Assembly: GCA_945890205.1 (NCBI GenBank)
Contig: CAMDCL010000003.1
Coordinates: 3,523 to 67,522 of the forward strand
Source of the DNA: Bifidobacterium breve
Lineage (GTDB): Bacteria; Actinomycetota; Actinomycetes; Nanopelagicales; Nanopelagicaceae
Direction: 5' to 3'
Length of the DNA stretch: 64,000 nt
Made by a program: the position numbers and the translations under genes. Under the pieces are notes generated by a model. It searched no databases. It worked only from the letters and a program-made list of their open reading frames with translations, and had not been told where the DNA came from. Of the stretch, positions 30,094 through 39,981 are shown one piece after another; the first letter of the stretch is position 1; every line of letters starts with the position of its first letter.

Positions 30094-31023
30094 ATGGATC
30101 AACAACTTCTGGACACCTTGCGCGTAATTGCGCTGCCCATGAAAAGTAAGTTTCGTGGCATAACAGTTCGTGAAGTTGCATTAATCAAAGGCCCTTATGG
30201 ATGGGGGGAGTTTTCTCCATTTCTTGAGTATGAGGATGCAGAATCTGCTCAGTGGCTAGCAAGTGCAGTTGAGGCGGCAACAACGCCTAGGCCACAGCTT
30301 TTTCGCACAGCTGTACCGGTTAATGGAACTATTCCAGCACTTAATGATCCAGCTCAATTACAAGAATTAGTTGCCTCATTTCCGGGGGTTAAGAGCTTCA
30401 AGGTTAAGGTTGGCGAGAATCTCGTCGATGATGTGGCGCGTGTAAATCTGATTCGTCAATTACAACCGGAAGCAAAAATTAGGGTTGATGTAAACGGCCT
30501 CTGGAGCGTTGAGCAAGCGGTAGAGTTTTTGAAATTAGTAGGCGAGATCGAATATATAGAACAACCGTGTGCAACCATTGAGGAGTTGCGTGAGTTAAAG
30601 AGTAAAACCTCTGTAAAAATAGTTGCAGATGAGGTTCTGCGCAAAGCATCTGATCCATTTGAAGTTAACTTAGCTGGAGCGGTTGATTACTTAATGCTTA
30701 AAGTTCAACCTCTCGGTGGAATCAAACGCGCCCGCGCCCTTGCTGAACATCACAAATTACCGGTTGTCATTTCAAGCGCCTTAGAAAGCGCGGTAGGCAT
30801 CAATTACGGCCTTACTCTTGCAGCATCCTTTGAAGAGATGAGATTTGATTGTGGTTTGGGAACAGGCTCACTTCTTGCAAAGGATGTAGCTCAGCTGCCA
30901 ATTGTCGATGGTGAGATTGAAGTTTCAGAGTTTGAGCCAAATTTTGAGGGGCTCGATGTGGCCACAGAGCGGTTTGAATGGTGGAACAATCGGATCATGA
31001 GATGTGCGGAGCTATTGAAGTGA
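30094..31023 (+). CDS. menC: o-succinylbenzoate synthase
   Basis: GWGEFSPF, KVKV, RVDVN, EQP, ADE, SSALE, GLGT. Confidence 0.92.
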   Translation: MDQQLLDTLRVIALPMKSKFRGITVREVALIKGPYGWGEFSPFLEYEDAESAQWLASAVEAATTPRPQLFRTAVPVNGTIPALNDPAQLQELVASFPGVKSFKVKVGENLVDDVARVNLIRQLQPEAKIRVDVNGLWSVEQAVEFLKLVGEIEYIEQPCATIEELRELKSKTSVKIVADEVLRKASDPFEVNLAGAVDYLMLKVQPLGGIKRARALAEHHKLPVVISSALESAVGINYGLTLAASFEEMRFDCGLGTGSLLAKDVAQLPIVDGEIEVSEFEPNFEGLDVATERFEWWNNRIMRCAELLK

Positions 31024-32594
31024 ATAACTCAACCTCATTAGCCCGTGTTGTCGTGCGTCAGATTATTGAATCTGGTGTGACAGATGTTGTTATTTCTCCT
31101 GGTTCACGCAACGCACCTTTATCTCTAGCATTTTTTGCAGCAGCAGAGCAGAGGCTGATTACAGTTCATATTCGAATTGATGAGCGAACAGCGGCCTTCT
31201 TTGCATTAGGAGTAATCAAAGCAACTGGAAGACCGGTCGCGATTGTCTGCACAAGCGGAACCGCTGTGGCGAACTATCACCCAGCTGTTCTTGAGGCCCA
31301 TCACACCAACGCTCCCTTGCTTGTATTGACCGCTGATCGCCCAGTCATGCTGCGTAAAACAGGTGCAAATCAAACAACTGAGCAAGCGCGGATCTTTGGA
31401 AAAGCTGTTCGCTACTTTGCAGATGTTGATGGCCCTGTCTATCCAATGGAGCTTCCACTAGATAGTTTGCGGATGGGACCGGTGCACATAAACCTTCAAT
31501 TTGATGAACCGCTACTGCCAGATGACTCTGGTGATTGGCTATCTGAGATTGCTACTGCACCAAAGAGCTTTGTAAATCGAACAAAATCAGCCACCTTGCG
31601 GTTAGTAGGTGCTCGCGGAGTTGTCGTAATAGGACATGATCGTGGTGGATTATCTGTTGAGGAGATTACTGAATTTACAAAGGTTCTTGGCTGGCCCGTC
31701 ATCGCAGAAGATCCATTGTCTTTTCCAGATGCGGTTGCGCATGCAGCTATCTTCTTAAGTTCACAAGAGATCAGAAGCACTTTAATTCCTCAATCTGTTT
31801 TGGTTATTGGCCGAACAACTCTTTCTCGTTCAATTAATGCCTTTATCAAATCAAGTCCGATTCAATATGTCGTAGATCCACGTACCGCAACAGTTGATAC
31901 CGATCGTCAAGCAGATCGTATTTTCACATCACTTCCAGATTTGCAGGGTGTTATCCAATCCGATGACTGGATTGCGACCTGGAACAAGGTTGCTGAACGA
32001 ACCAAAAAGTTAGTTGCATCCTTAGATGGCTGGAATGAAGCTGTTATTGCACGAACAATCGCCGCTGCAATTCCAAATGACACAGCTCTATTTGTCTCAT
32101 CATCTCGACCAATTCGCGATCTTGAAGGTTTTGCCCTTCCGCGAGGTGGAGTTGTTACCTATGCCAACAGAGGTTTAGCTGGCATCGATGGAAATATCTC
32201 TACAGCACTTGGTATTGCCTATGCCCACAAGGCAACAATTGCGGTCTTGGGTGATCTCTCATTCCTGTATGACTTAACTGGTTTGATCAATAAAGAGGAG
32301 ATCAACTGTCGATTTATTGTAATTAACAATGATGGCGGGGGAATCTTTTCAACTCTGCCTCAAAGAGGTTCACATGGTTTTGAAACTCTCTTTGGAACCC
32401 CACATGGGCTCAATCCTGCAGATATTGCCAAAGCTATGGGCATTTCAGCCAAGCAGGTTTCTACTCTCAAAGATCTAGAAGCAGAGATCAAGGCGCCAGT
32501 TTTAGGTATCAGTGTTGTTGTCTGCGATGTTCCGGATCGTGAAAGTAATGCGGATAATCTAAAAGGTATTTACGAAGCTTTAAACTCTATGTAA
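31020..32594 (+). CDS. menD: SEPHCHC synthase
   Basis: SPGSRNAPL, DERTA, TSGTA, NRGLAGIDG, GDLSFLYD, NNDGGGIF; GTG start overlaps the menC stop. Confidence 0.95.
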   Translation: MNNSTSLARVVVRQIIESGVTDVVISPGSRNAPLSLAFFAAAEQRLITVHIRIDERTAAFFALGVIKATGRPVAIVCTSGTAVANYHPAVLEAHHTNAPLLVLTADRPVMLRKTGANQTTEQARIFGKAVRYFADVDGPVYPMELPLDSLRMGPVHINLQFDEPLLPDDSGDWLSEIATAPKSFVNRTKSATLRLVGARGVVVIGHDRGGLSVEEITEFTKVLGWPVIAEDPLSFPDAVAHAAIFLSSQEIRSTLIPQSVLVIGRTTLSRSINAFIKSSPIQYVVDPRTATVDTDRQADRIFTSLPDLQGVIQSDDWIATWNKVAERTKKLVASLDGWNEAVIARTIAAAIPNDTALFVSSSRPIRDLEGFALPRGGVVTYANRGLAGIDGNISTALGIAYAHKATIAVLGDLSFLYDLTGLINKEEINCRFIVINNDGGGIFSTLPQRGSHGFETLFGTPHGLNPADIAKAMGISAKQVSTLKDLEAEIKAPVLGISVVVCDVPDRESNADNLKGIYEALNSM

Positions 32595-33807
32595 GTGCGC
32601 TACGCATTGGAGCAAACTTGGCATAGGTTTCAGCAAGTTCAATCTCGGGATCTGAACCATCCACAATTCCACATCCAGCAAATATTCGAATTGAATCTCC
32701 ATTGATTTGCCCACAACGTAATGCGATTCCTAACTCTCCATCTCCTGCGGCATCAATCCAACCAACGGGCCCGGCGTAACGCCCACGTGACATTCCCTCG
32801 ATCTCAGAGATTAACTGCGCCGCTTGTGGGCGTGGGGTTCCGCACACCGCTGCAGATGGATGAAGTTGCTCAAGAATTGTAAAGGCATCAACATGTGAAA
32901 GTGTTTCCACCAAAGCCCCTGTTACATCAGTGGCAAGGTGCATGACATTTGCCAAGTGCAAAACAAATGGAGAATCCGGAACATTTGTTGAAGAACAAAA
33001 TGGTTCGATCGCATCTGCCACAGATCGAACGGCGTACTCGTGCTCTGCAAGATCCTTAGAAGATCGTGCAAGAGATGCTGCTAATGCAAGATCCTTTGCA
33101 TCATCACCGGTTTTGCTAATTGTTCCGGCAAGAACACGTGATGTGACCATTCCACGAGAAAGGCGAAGCAAGAGCTCTGGTGTTGCTCCAACTAAACCCG
33201 AGATCGCAAACTTCCAGGTTGTCGGATACTCAAGGGCAAGTTTGTTCAATATCGCCCGTGGATCAATAGCTTTTTTAGATGAAATGGAGATGTCGCGAGC
33301 AAGAACAACCTTGTCTAAATCACCCCTTCGAATCCGCGAGACAGCGGTAGAAACTCGCTCCTTCCACAACGCATCTGCTTGAGGCTCTTCATCCCATTTC
33401 ATCTGCCCATTTAAAGGTAAATCAGCTGCGGTCTTTAAAACTGGTTGAGCACCAGAACCGATCCATGTCATCCATGATTTTCCACCTTTGGTTCCAACTA
33501 CTACTTGTGGAATCACCAGAACTGAAACATCCTCAGGTGAAAATGAAAATGAGGCGAATAAAACAGGGCCGGTGCCCCTGCCATGAACGGTGTTGTCTAC
33601 AGCTAACTTTTCTAACTGTTTTTGCCACCAGTGACGGGCATCGGCAAATCGATGTGGACCGCTAACCGTTGTCGTTGCGTAGCTGCCCCAACCAATCAAA
33701 CCTTCACCACCACGAACCCACACAAGAGGTTGTGCATCTGGAAGTAAATCCAGCAATGGTAGGTGCTCGCCTAAGCGAACAGTTGTTACAGGGGTCAATT
33801 CAGGCAT
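32587..33807 (-). CDS. menF: Isochorismate synthase
   Basis: KVVLAR, GATPELL, LAGT, EH, HPSAAVCG, YAGPVGW, AGCGIV. Confidence 0.92.
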   Translation of the reverse strand: MPELTPVTTVRLGEHLPLLDLLPDAQPLVWVRGGEGLIGWGSYATTTVSGPHRFADARHWWQKQLEKLAVDNTVHGRGTGPVLFASFSFSPEDVSVLVIPQVVVGTKGGKSWMTWIGSGAQPVLKTAADLPLNGQMKWDEEPQADALWKERVSTAVSRIRRGDLDKVVLARDISISSKKAIDPRAILNKLALEYPTTWKFAISGLVGATPELLLRLSRGMVTSRVLAGTISKTGDDAKDLALAASLARSSKDLAEHEYAVRSVADAIEPFCSSTNVPDSPFVLHLANVMHLATDVTGALVETLSHVDAFTILEQLHPSAAVCGTPRPQAAQLISEIEGMSRGRYAGPVGWIDAAGDGELGIALRCGQINGDSIRIFAGCGIVDGSDPEIELAETYAKFAPMRSALT

Positions 33808-33810
33808 ATG

Positions 33811-34395
33811 TTATGAATTTTTACGATTAACTAAACGCCAAATAATTGGAAGAGATGTCCCGGCAATTGCAATTTTTAAAACTTCTCCAGCAATAAATGG
33901 AGTTAATCCTGCAGAGATTGTCCAGCCCCAACTTTGTCCGGTGTATTGGTGCAACCAGAGTAAACCAAATCCAAAGGTAATGATTGTTCCGATTAGCATT
34001 GATGGTAGAGCGGTTAAGAATTTTTGATCTAAACGCAAACGAGCTAACTGTCCTACAACATAAGTTGCAAGAAGCATTCCAATTAAGTAACCACCAGTTG
34101 CTCCGATGACGCGATCAATCCCGAATCCATTGTTTGCAAATACTGGAGCACCAGCCATGCCAACTAAAAGATAAAGTGCAAAGGTAGTAACGCCCAAAGT
34201 CGATCCATATGCGGTGCCGATCAGCAATACTCCTAAAGTTTGTCCTGTTACTGGAACTGGAGAACCAGGAACTGGAATCGCGATCTGAGCCAAGATCGCC
34301 AAGGCAAAAACTCCGCTGACTACTAGGAGCGTGTGGGTGAGCGCTGATGTGCGTGGCATTAAGGTTGCGCGAAGCGAGGTAGCAGAGAGCGACAT
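33811..34395 (-). CDS. bioY: Biotin transporter BioY
   Basis: PVPVTGQT, GAPVFA, TGGYLIG, PFIAGE.LK. Confidence 0.9.
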   Translation of the reverse strand: MSLSATSLRATLMPRTSALTHTLLVVSGVFALAILAQIAIPVPGSPVPVTGQTLGVLLIGTAYGSTLGVTTFALYLLVGMAGAPVFANNGFGIDRVIGATGGYLIGMLLATYVVGQLARLRLDQKFLTALPSMLIGTIITFGFGLLWLHQYTGQSWGWTISAGLTPFIAGEVLKIAIAGTSLPIIWRLVNRKNS

Positions 34396-34453
34396 ACGCA
34401 GCCTTTCATGGGGTTAAGTTGTGGATGAGCCTACTTCAAGGGAGAATAAGCGC

Positions 34454-35146
34454 ATGTCCCGCGCACATCTGAACAAGGATCCCGATGAGGTTGCGGCGAT
34501 GTTTGATGGGGTCGCCAAAAGGTATGACCTTGTAAATGATCTCTTGAGTTTGGGACGGACAAAGGCCTGGCGCACAGCTGCGACCAAGATCATCGCCCCC
34601 GCCCCCGGAATGGTGATCCTGGATCTAGCCGCAGGACCTGGCTCCTCCTCGGAGCCGCTCCATAAAGCTGGGGCAACTGTTTTTGCTACCGATTTCAGCG
34701 AGGGGATGCTGGCCCAGGGTCGAAAGGCCCGGCCATATCTGAACTTCTCCAAGGCCGATGCCCTCAACCTGCCCTTTGAGGCCGATACCTTTGATGTAAC
34801 CACTATCTCCTACGGCCTTCGAAACACCGCCGACTTTGATAAGGCCTTGGTCGAGGCCCGCAGGGTCACAAAGCCAGGGGGTCGAATGGTGGTTGTGGAG
34901 TTTAGCCACCCAACCTGGCGCCCCTTTCGCACCATCTACACCAAATACCTTATGAGGCTCCTGCCAGCGATCGCTAAAAAAACCAGCTCCAACCCAGATG
35001 CCTATATCTACCTCGCGGAATCGATTCGGGCCTGGCCAGATCAGGCGGGGTTGGCGGCTCACATGGAGAAGGCTGGCTGGTCTGGGGTCACCTGGAAAAA
35101 CCTCACCTTTGGTGTTGTTGCAGTTCACAGCGGGATTAAGGGCTAG
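34454..35146 (+). CDS. menG: Demethylmenaquinone methyltransferase
   Basis: MFDGVAKRYD, LDLAAGPG, DALNLPF, YGLRN, YLAESI; start moved to 34454. Confidence 0.93.
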   Translation: MSRAHLNKDPDEVAAMFDGVAKRYDLVNDLLSLGRTKAWRTAATKIIAPAPGMVILDLAAGPGSSSEPLHKAGATVFATDFSEGMLAQGRKARPYLNFSKADALNLPFEADTFDVTTISYGLRNTADFDKALVEARRVTKPGGRMVVVEFSHPTWRPFRTIYTKYLMRLLPAIAKKTSSNPDAYIYLAESIRAWPDQAGLAAHMEKAGWSGVTWKNLTFGVVAVHSGIKG

Positions 35147-35186
35147 CGGTCACAGGCATACGCCTTTCGACCTTAGGATTTCGACC

Positions 35187-35558
35187 GTGATATCCACATC
35201 CAATCCATACATCCCTATCTTGGTGATAGGCGCGATCGGCTTGGGCTTTGCGATCTTTTCAGTTGCCGCCGGTGCGCTCGCAGGTCCAAAGCGCTACAAC
35301 CGAGCCAAGTTAGATGCGTATGAGTGTGGAATCGAACCTTCACCGCAAGCTGCAGAAGGTGGACGTTTCCCAGTTAAGTACTTCTTAACTGCGATGCTCT
35401 TTATCATCTTCGATATTGAAATGGTCTTTTTATATCCATGGGCGGTTGCATTTGACTCTCTTGGAATTTTTGGTTTGGTTGAAATGGCGATATTCATTGG
35501 AACGGTTTTTGTTGCCTTTGCATATGTATGGCGACGCGGCGGATTGGATTGGGATTAA
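35187..35558 (+). CDS. nuoA: NADH-quinone oxidoreductase subunit A
   Basis: YECG, FDIE, GGLDW; GTG start 7 nt after TAGGAT (35174-79). Confidence 0.92.
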   Translation: MISTSNPYIPILVIGAIGLGFAIFSVAAGALAGPKRYNRAKLDAYECGIEPSPQAAEGGRFPVKYFLTAMLFIIFDIEMVFLYPWAVAFDSLGIFGLVEMAIFIGTVFVAFAYVWRRGGLDWD

Positions 35559-35560
35559 AA

Positions 35561-36118
35561 ATGGGTCTTGAAGAAAAAATCCCGAGCGGATTTGTCTTAA
35601 CCTCAGTTGAAAAACTTGCAGGTTATATGCGCAAAAACTCATTGTGGCCAGCAACATTTGGCCTTGCATGCTGTGCAATTGAAATGATGGCTGTTGGATC
35701 AGCTGCAAAGTATGACATTGCTCGTTTTGGTGGAGAAGTTTTCCGTGCATCCCCTCGCCAAGCAGATCTCATGATCGTTGCAGGCCGTGTTTCAAACAAG
35801 ATGGCCCCAGTATTGCGTCAAATTTACGATCAAATGTCTGCACCAAAGTGGGTTATTGCAATGGGTGCATGTGCCTCTTCAGGTGGAATGTTCAACAATT
35901 ACGCGATCGTTCAAGGTGTAGATCACGTTGTTCCAGTTGATATTTACCTGCCTGGCTGCCCACCACGTCCTGAAATGTTGCTCGATGCAATCTTGAAGCT
36001 GCATGAACAAATCAGCGATACAAAGCTTGGTGCTAACCGCGCTCAGGTCATTAAAGAGGTAGAACTTGCAGCGATGAATGCAAAGCCAACTCATGAGATG
36101 AAGGGCTTGCTTGCATGA
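35561..36118 (+). CDS. nuoB: NADH-quinone oxidoreductase subunit B
   Basis: [25 protein letters not shown]. Confidence 0.96.
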   Translation: MGLEEKIPSGFVLTSVEKLAGYMRKNSLWPATFGLACCAIEMMAVGSAAKYDIARFGGEVFRASPRQADLMIVAGRVSNKMAPVLRQIYDQMSAPKWVIAMGACASSGGMFNNYAIVQGVDHVVPVDIYLPGCPPRPEMLLDAILKLHEQISDTKLGANRAQVIKEVELAAMNAKPTHEMKGLLA

Positions 36119-36741
36119 CAAGTGGCATGTTTGGCGCTCAGGGCACCGGCGATACATCTGGTTATGGTGGATTAGTCCGCCAAGCCAGCAATTTTGGCTC
36201 TTCTGAGCGTCCATATGGCTCATATTTTGATGAGGTTGCCGATGACCTCGAGCGCGCATATCCCGATTTTTCAGATGCGATCGAACGTGTAGTTGTTGAT
36301 CGCGGTGAATTAACACTTCATGTAAAGCGTGAAAAGTTAGTTGAAGTTGCGATGATTTTGCGTGACAAGTTGAAGTTTGAAATGTGCATGGGTGTTAGCG
36401 GAGTTCACTACCCAGATCAAACAGGCCGTGAAATGCACGCTGTTTATCCACTGCTTTCTATGTCAAAGAATCAACGTATTCGTTTAGAGGTTTCTGTTCC
36501 AGATGCTGATGCACACATTCCATCTGTTGTGGAAGTTTGGGCTGGCAACAATTGGCATGAGCGCGAGACATATGACATGTTCGGAATTATCTTTGATGGT
36601 CACCCAGGTTTAACTCGCATTTTGATGCCAGATGACTGGGAAGGTCACCCACAACGCAAGGATTACTCACTTGGTGGAATCGCAGTTGAATACAAAGGCG
36701 CAACAACGCCACCTCCTAGTGAAAGAAGGAGTTACAAGTGA
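36115..36741 (+). CDS. nuoC: NADH-quinone oxidoreductase subunit C
   Basis: [17 protein letters not shown]. Confidence 0.95.
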   Translation: MTSGMFGAQGTGDTSGYGGLVRQASNFGSSERPYGSYFDEVADDLERAYPDFSDAIERVVVDRGELTLHVKREKLVEVAMILRDKLKFEMCMGVSGVHYPDQTGREMHAVYPLLSMSKNQRIRLEVSVPDADAHIPSVVEVWAGNNWHERETYDMFGIIFDGHPGLTRILMPDDWEGHPQRKDYSLGGIAVEYKGATTPPPSERRSYK

Positions 36742-38075
36742 CAACCTTTGATCCATACGCACCATCACGTGATACCACTGAAGGAAAAGTTTTCTCCGTT
36801 ACAGGTGGAGACTGGGATGCGCTAGTTCAGGAAATTGGCGCGACGAAAGAGGAACGTGTTGTAGTCAATATGGGTCCTCAGCACCCTTCAACTCACGGAG
36901 TACTTCGTCTAGTTTTAGAGCTCGAAGGCGAAACAATCACCGAAGTACGTTGCGGCATTGGTTACTTGCATACAGGAATTGAAAAGAACATGGAGTACCG
37001 CAGCTGGACTCAGGGAACAACATTTGTAACCCGAATGGATTATTTGAGCCCTCTGCACAATGAGACCGCTTACTGCCTCGCAGTTGAAAAACTTTTGGGA
37101 ATTACCAATGATGTTCCGGAGCGCGCAACTGTTATCCGCGTAATGATGATGGAGCTCAACCGTATCTCTTCACACATGGTGGCATTGGGTACAGGAGCGC
37201 TAGAACTAGGCGCTATGGGCCCTATGTTCTTTGCCTTCCGTGACCGTGAAACAGTCCTTGAGATCTTTGAAATGATTACTGGACTTCGTATGAATATGGC
37301 CTACATCCGTCCAGGTGGGGTCGCACAGGATCTGCCAGAAGGTGCTTTAACAAAGATTCGTGATGGCGTTAAGTTGATGCGTAAGAACTTTAAAGATAAT
37401 GCAACACTTCTTATTGGTAACTCAATTTGGATGAAGCGCACACAAGGTATTGGTTACCTAGATCTTGCAGGTTGCACAACTCTCGGAATCACTGGGCCAG
37501 TTCTTCGTGCAACTGGCATGCCTTGGGATCTGCGCAAGCTTCAGCCTTACTGTGGTTATGAAAACTACAACTTTGATGTAGTTACCGCAGATACCTGCGA
37601 TGTTTATGGCCGTTTCTTAATTCGCATGAATGAGTTAGAGCAATCACTTCGCATTATCGAACAATGTGTCGACAAGCTTGAAAAACTTGAGGGAGCACCA
37701 GTAATGGTTGCAGATAAGAAGATTGCATGGCCTGCTCAACTTGCTCTGGGTGGCGATGGACTTGGTAACTCGCTAGATCACATTCGCCAGATTATGGGCA
37801 CATCAATGGAGTCATTGATTCACCACTTCAAACTTGTTACTGAAGGTTTCCATGTTCCTGCAGGCCAGGCGTATGCTGCGATCGAGTCTCCACGTGGCGA
37901 GCTAGGTGCTTCAGTTGTTTCAGATGGTGGCACAAAGCCATACCGTGTTCACTTCCGCGATCCGTCTTTCAATAATTTGCAAGGAACACCTGCAATGAGT
38001 GAGGGTGGAATGGTTGCTGACATTGTTGGCGCAGTGGCATCAATTGATCCTGTTATGGGAGGTGTTGATCGCTAA
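36738..38075 (+). CDS. nuoD: NADH-quinone oxidoreductase subunit D
   Basis: [27 protein letters not shown]. Confidence 0.96.
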   Translation: MTTFDPYAPSRDTTEGKVFSVTGGDWDALVQEIGATKEERVVVNMGPQHPSTHGVLRLVLELEGETITEVRCGIGYLHTGIEKNMEYRSWTQGTTFVTRMDYLSPLHNETAYCLAVEKLLGITNDVPERATVIRVMMMELNRISSHMVALGTGALELGAMGPMFFAFRDRETVLEIFEMITGLRMNMAYIRPGGVAQDLPEGALTKIRDGVKLMRKNFKDNATLLIGNSIWMKRTQGIGYLDLAGCTTLGITGPVLRATGMPWDLRKLQPYCGYENYNFDVVTADTCDVYGRFLIRMNELEQSLRIIEQCVDKLEKLEGAPVMVADKKIAWPAQLALGGDGLGNSLDHIRQIMGTSMESLIHHFKLVTEGFHVPAGQAYAAIESPRGELGASVVSDGGTKPYRVHFRDPSFNNLQGTPAMSEGGMVADIVGAVASIDPVMGGVDR

Positions 38076-38701
38076 TGGCGTTTTCAACTGAAGATCTTTC
38101 AACAATGGATTTGATTATTAAGCGCTATCCACGCTCTCGTTCTGCAATTATGCCTTTGCTTCACTATGTTCAATCAAAGGCGGGTTATGTAACCAATGAA
38201 GGCATCGAAGTAATTGCAAAGCTTTTACAGCTAGAAGCCGCTGAAGTCACCGCTGTATCTACCTTTTACACCCAATACAAACCAACCCCAGTTGGCGAGT
38301 ACCACGTAGGAGTTTGTACAAATACCTTGTGCGCGATCATGGGTGGAGATGCGATCTTTGCCTCACTTAAGGATCACCTTGGGATTGGTAATGATGAGGT
38401 CACAGCTGATGGAAAAGTTTCGCTAGAGCACATCGAATGTAACGCTGCCTGTGATTACGCACCTGTTGTTATGGCTAACTGGGAGTTCTACGACAACCAG
38501 ACAGTTGAGTCTGCAAAGGAGCTAGTTGATTCAATGCGTGCGGGCAATCCAAAGCCACCAACACGTGGACCAAATCGTTTAGTAACTTATAAAGAGGCAT
38601 CAGCTGTTCTTGCTGGATTAAATGATGGACTTGCACACGAAGGTGTTCAAGCAGGAGAGCCAACATTGCTTGGTTTAAAACTTTCGAAAGAGGGCAAGTA
38701 A
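38075..38701 (+). CDS. nuoE: NADH-quinone oxidoreductase subunit E
   Basis: CTNTLC and ECNAAC 2Fe-2S motifs. Confidence 0.95.
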   Translation: MAFSTEDLSTMDLIIKRYPRSRSAIMPLLHYVQSKAGYVTNEGIEVIAKLLQLEAAEVTAVSTFYTQYKPTPVGEYHVGVCTNTLCAIMGGDAIFASLKDHLGIGNDEVTADGKVSLEHIECNAACDYAPVVMANWEFYDNQTVESAKELVDSMRAGNPKPPTRGPNRLVTYKEASAVLAGLNDGLAHEGVQAGEPTLLGLKLSKEGK

Positions 38702-39981
38702 TGACAAAGCTAGCTCCAGTTTTATCTGCACATTGGGATGAAAAGGATTCATTTACCCTAGAAGGTTACAAGCGTCATGGTGGCTACAAGGCTGCGCAAA
38801 AAGCTTTAACTATGGATCCAGATGCGATTATTCAACTTGTTAAGGACTCTGGACTTCGCGGTCGTGGAGGAGCAGGTTTCCCAACAGGGATGAAGTGGGG
38901 ATTTATTCCACAAGGTGACAACAAGGATCACTACCTAGTTGTAAACGCTGATGAGTCAGAGCCAGGAACTTGTAAAGACACACCTTTACTCATGGCTAAC
39001 CCACATGTTCTTATCGAAGGATGCATCATCGCTTGTCACGCAATTCGTGCAAAGCATGCATTCATCTATATCCGTGGTGAAGTTACACATGTAGTTCGAA
39101 GAGTTAACCAAGCGATTGCAGATGCCTATGCAGCTGGAATTCTTGGAAATGGAGTTGATGTTGTTCTTCACGTCGGAGCTGGTGCTTACATCTGCGGTGA
39201 AGAGACAGCCCTTCTTGACTCACTAGAAGGCTTCCGTGGTCAGCCGCGTTTACGTCCACCTTTCCCTGCAATTGCAGGACTTTATGCACGCCCAACCGTT
39301 GTAAATAATGTTGAATCAATCGCATCTGTTCCAGCGATCGTGATGAATGGCGCTGAGTGGTACCAATCAATGGGAACTGAAAAGAGCAAGGGAACAACCC
39401 TTTACTCATTGTCTGGCCATGTTGTTAATCCAGGTCAGTTTGAAGCACCACTAGGAGTTACCCTTCGCGAGATTTTAGATCTTGCAGGCGGAGTTCGACC
39501 TGGACACAGGTTAAAGTTTTGGACACCAGGTGGATCTTCAACACCTTTGTTTACAGATGCACACTTAGATGTTCCTTTGGATTATGAAGGTGTTGCAGCT
39601 GCTGGTTCCATGCTTGGAACTAAAGCTCTTCAAATCTTTGATGAAACAACATGTGTTGTCCGTGCTGTGCTTCGTTGGACTGAGTTCTACAAGCACGAGT
39701 CATGTGGAAAGTGCACACCTTGTCGTGAAGGTACATGGTGGTTGGTTCAGATTCTTCGTGATCTTGAAGATGGCAAAGGAACAGAAGCAGATCTTGCTAA
39801 GTTGCTAGATCTTTGCGACAACATTATGGGCCGTTCCTTCTGCGCACTTGGCGATGGAGCAACTAGCCCAATTACATCTTCGATTAAGTATTTCCGTGAT
39901 GAGTACATCGCACACCTTACAAATGGTGCTTGCCCATTTGATCCTGTTGCATCAACACTATTTGTTGGGGCCGGTGCATAA
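38701..39981 (+). CDS. nuoF: NADH-quinone oxidoreductase subunit F
   Basis: GRGGAGF, NADESEPG, YICGEET, CGKCTPCREG. Confidence 0.96.
   Translation: MTKLAPVLSAHWDEKDSFTLEGYKRHGGYKAAQKALTMDPDAIIQLVKDSGLRGRGGAGFPTGMKWGFIPQGDNKDHYLVVNADESEPGTCKDTPLLMANPHVLIEGCIIACHAIRAKHAFIYIRGEVTHVVRRVNQAIADAYAAGILGNGVDVVLHVGAGAYICGEETALLDSLEGFRGQPRLRPPFPAIAGLYARPTVVNNVESIASVPAIVMNGAEWYQSMGTEKSKGTTLYSLSGHVVNPGQFEAPLGVTLREILDLAGGVRPGHRLKFWTPGGSSTPLFTDAHLDVPLDYEGVAAAGSMLGTKALQIFDETTCVVRAVLRWTEFYKHESCGKCTPCREGTWWLVQILRDLEDGKGTEADLAKLLDLCDNIMGRSFCALGDGATSPITSSIKYFRDEYIAHLTNGACPFDPVASTLFVGAGA

Noticed and set aside
34998-35186. Long N-terminal extension of nuoA in the ORF track
   Set aside because: Overlaps menG out of frame; the GC-rich patch lacks stops; GTG 35187 fits the promoter and normal NuoA length.
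35147-35186. Rex operator upstream of nuo
   Set aside because: No TTGTGAA-N4-TTCACAA-like site is visible.
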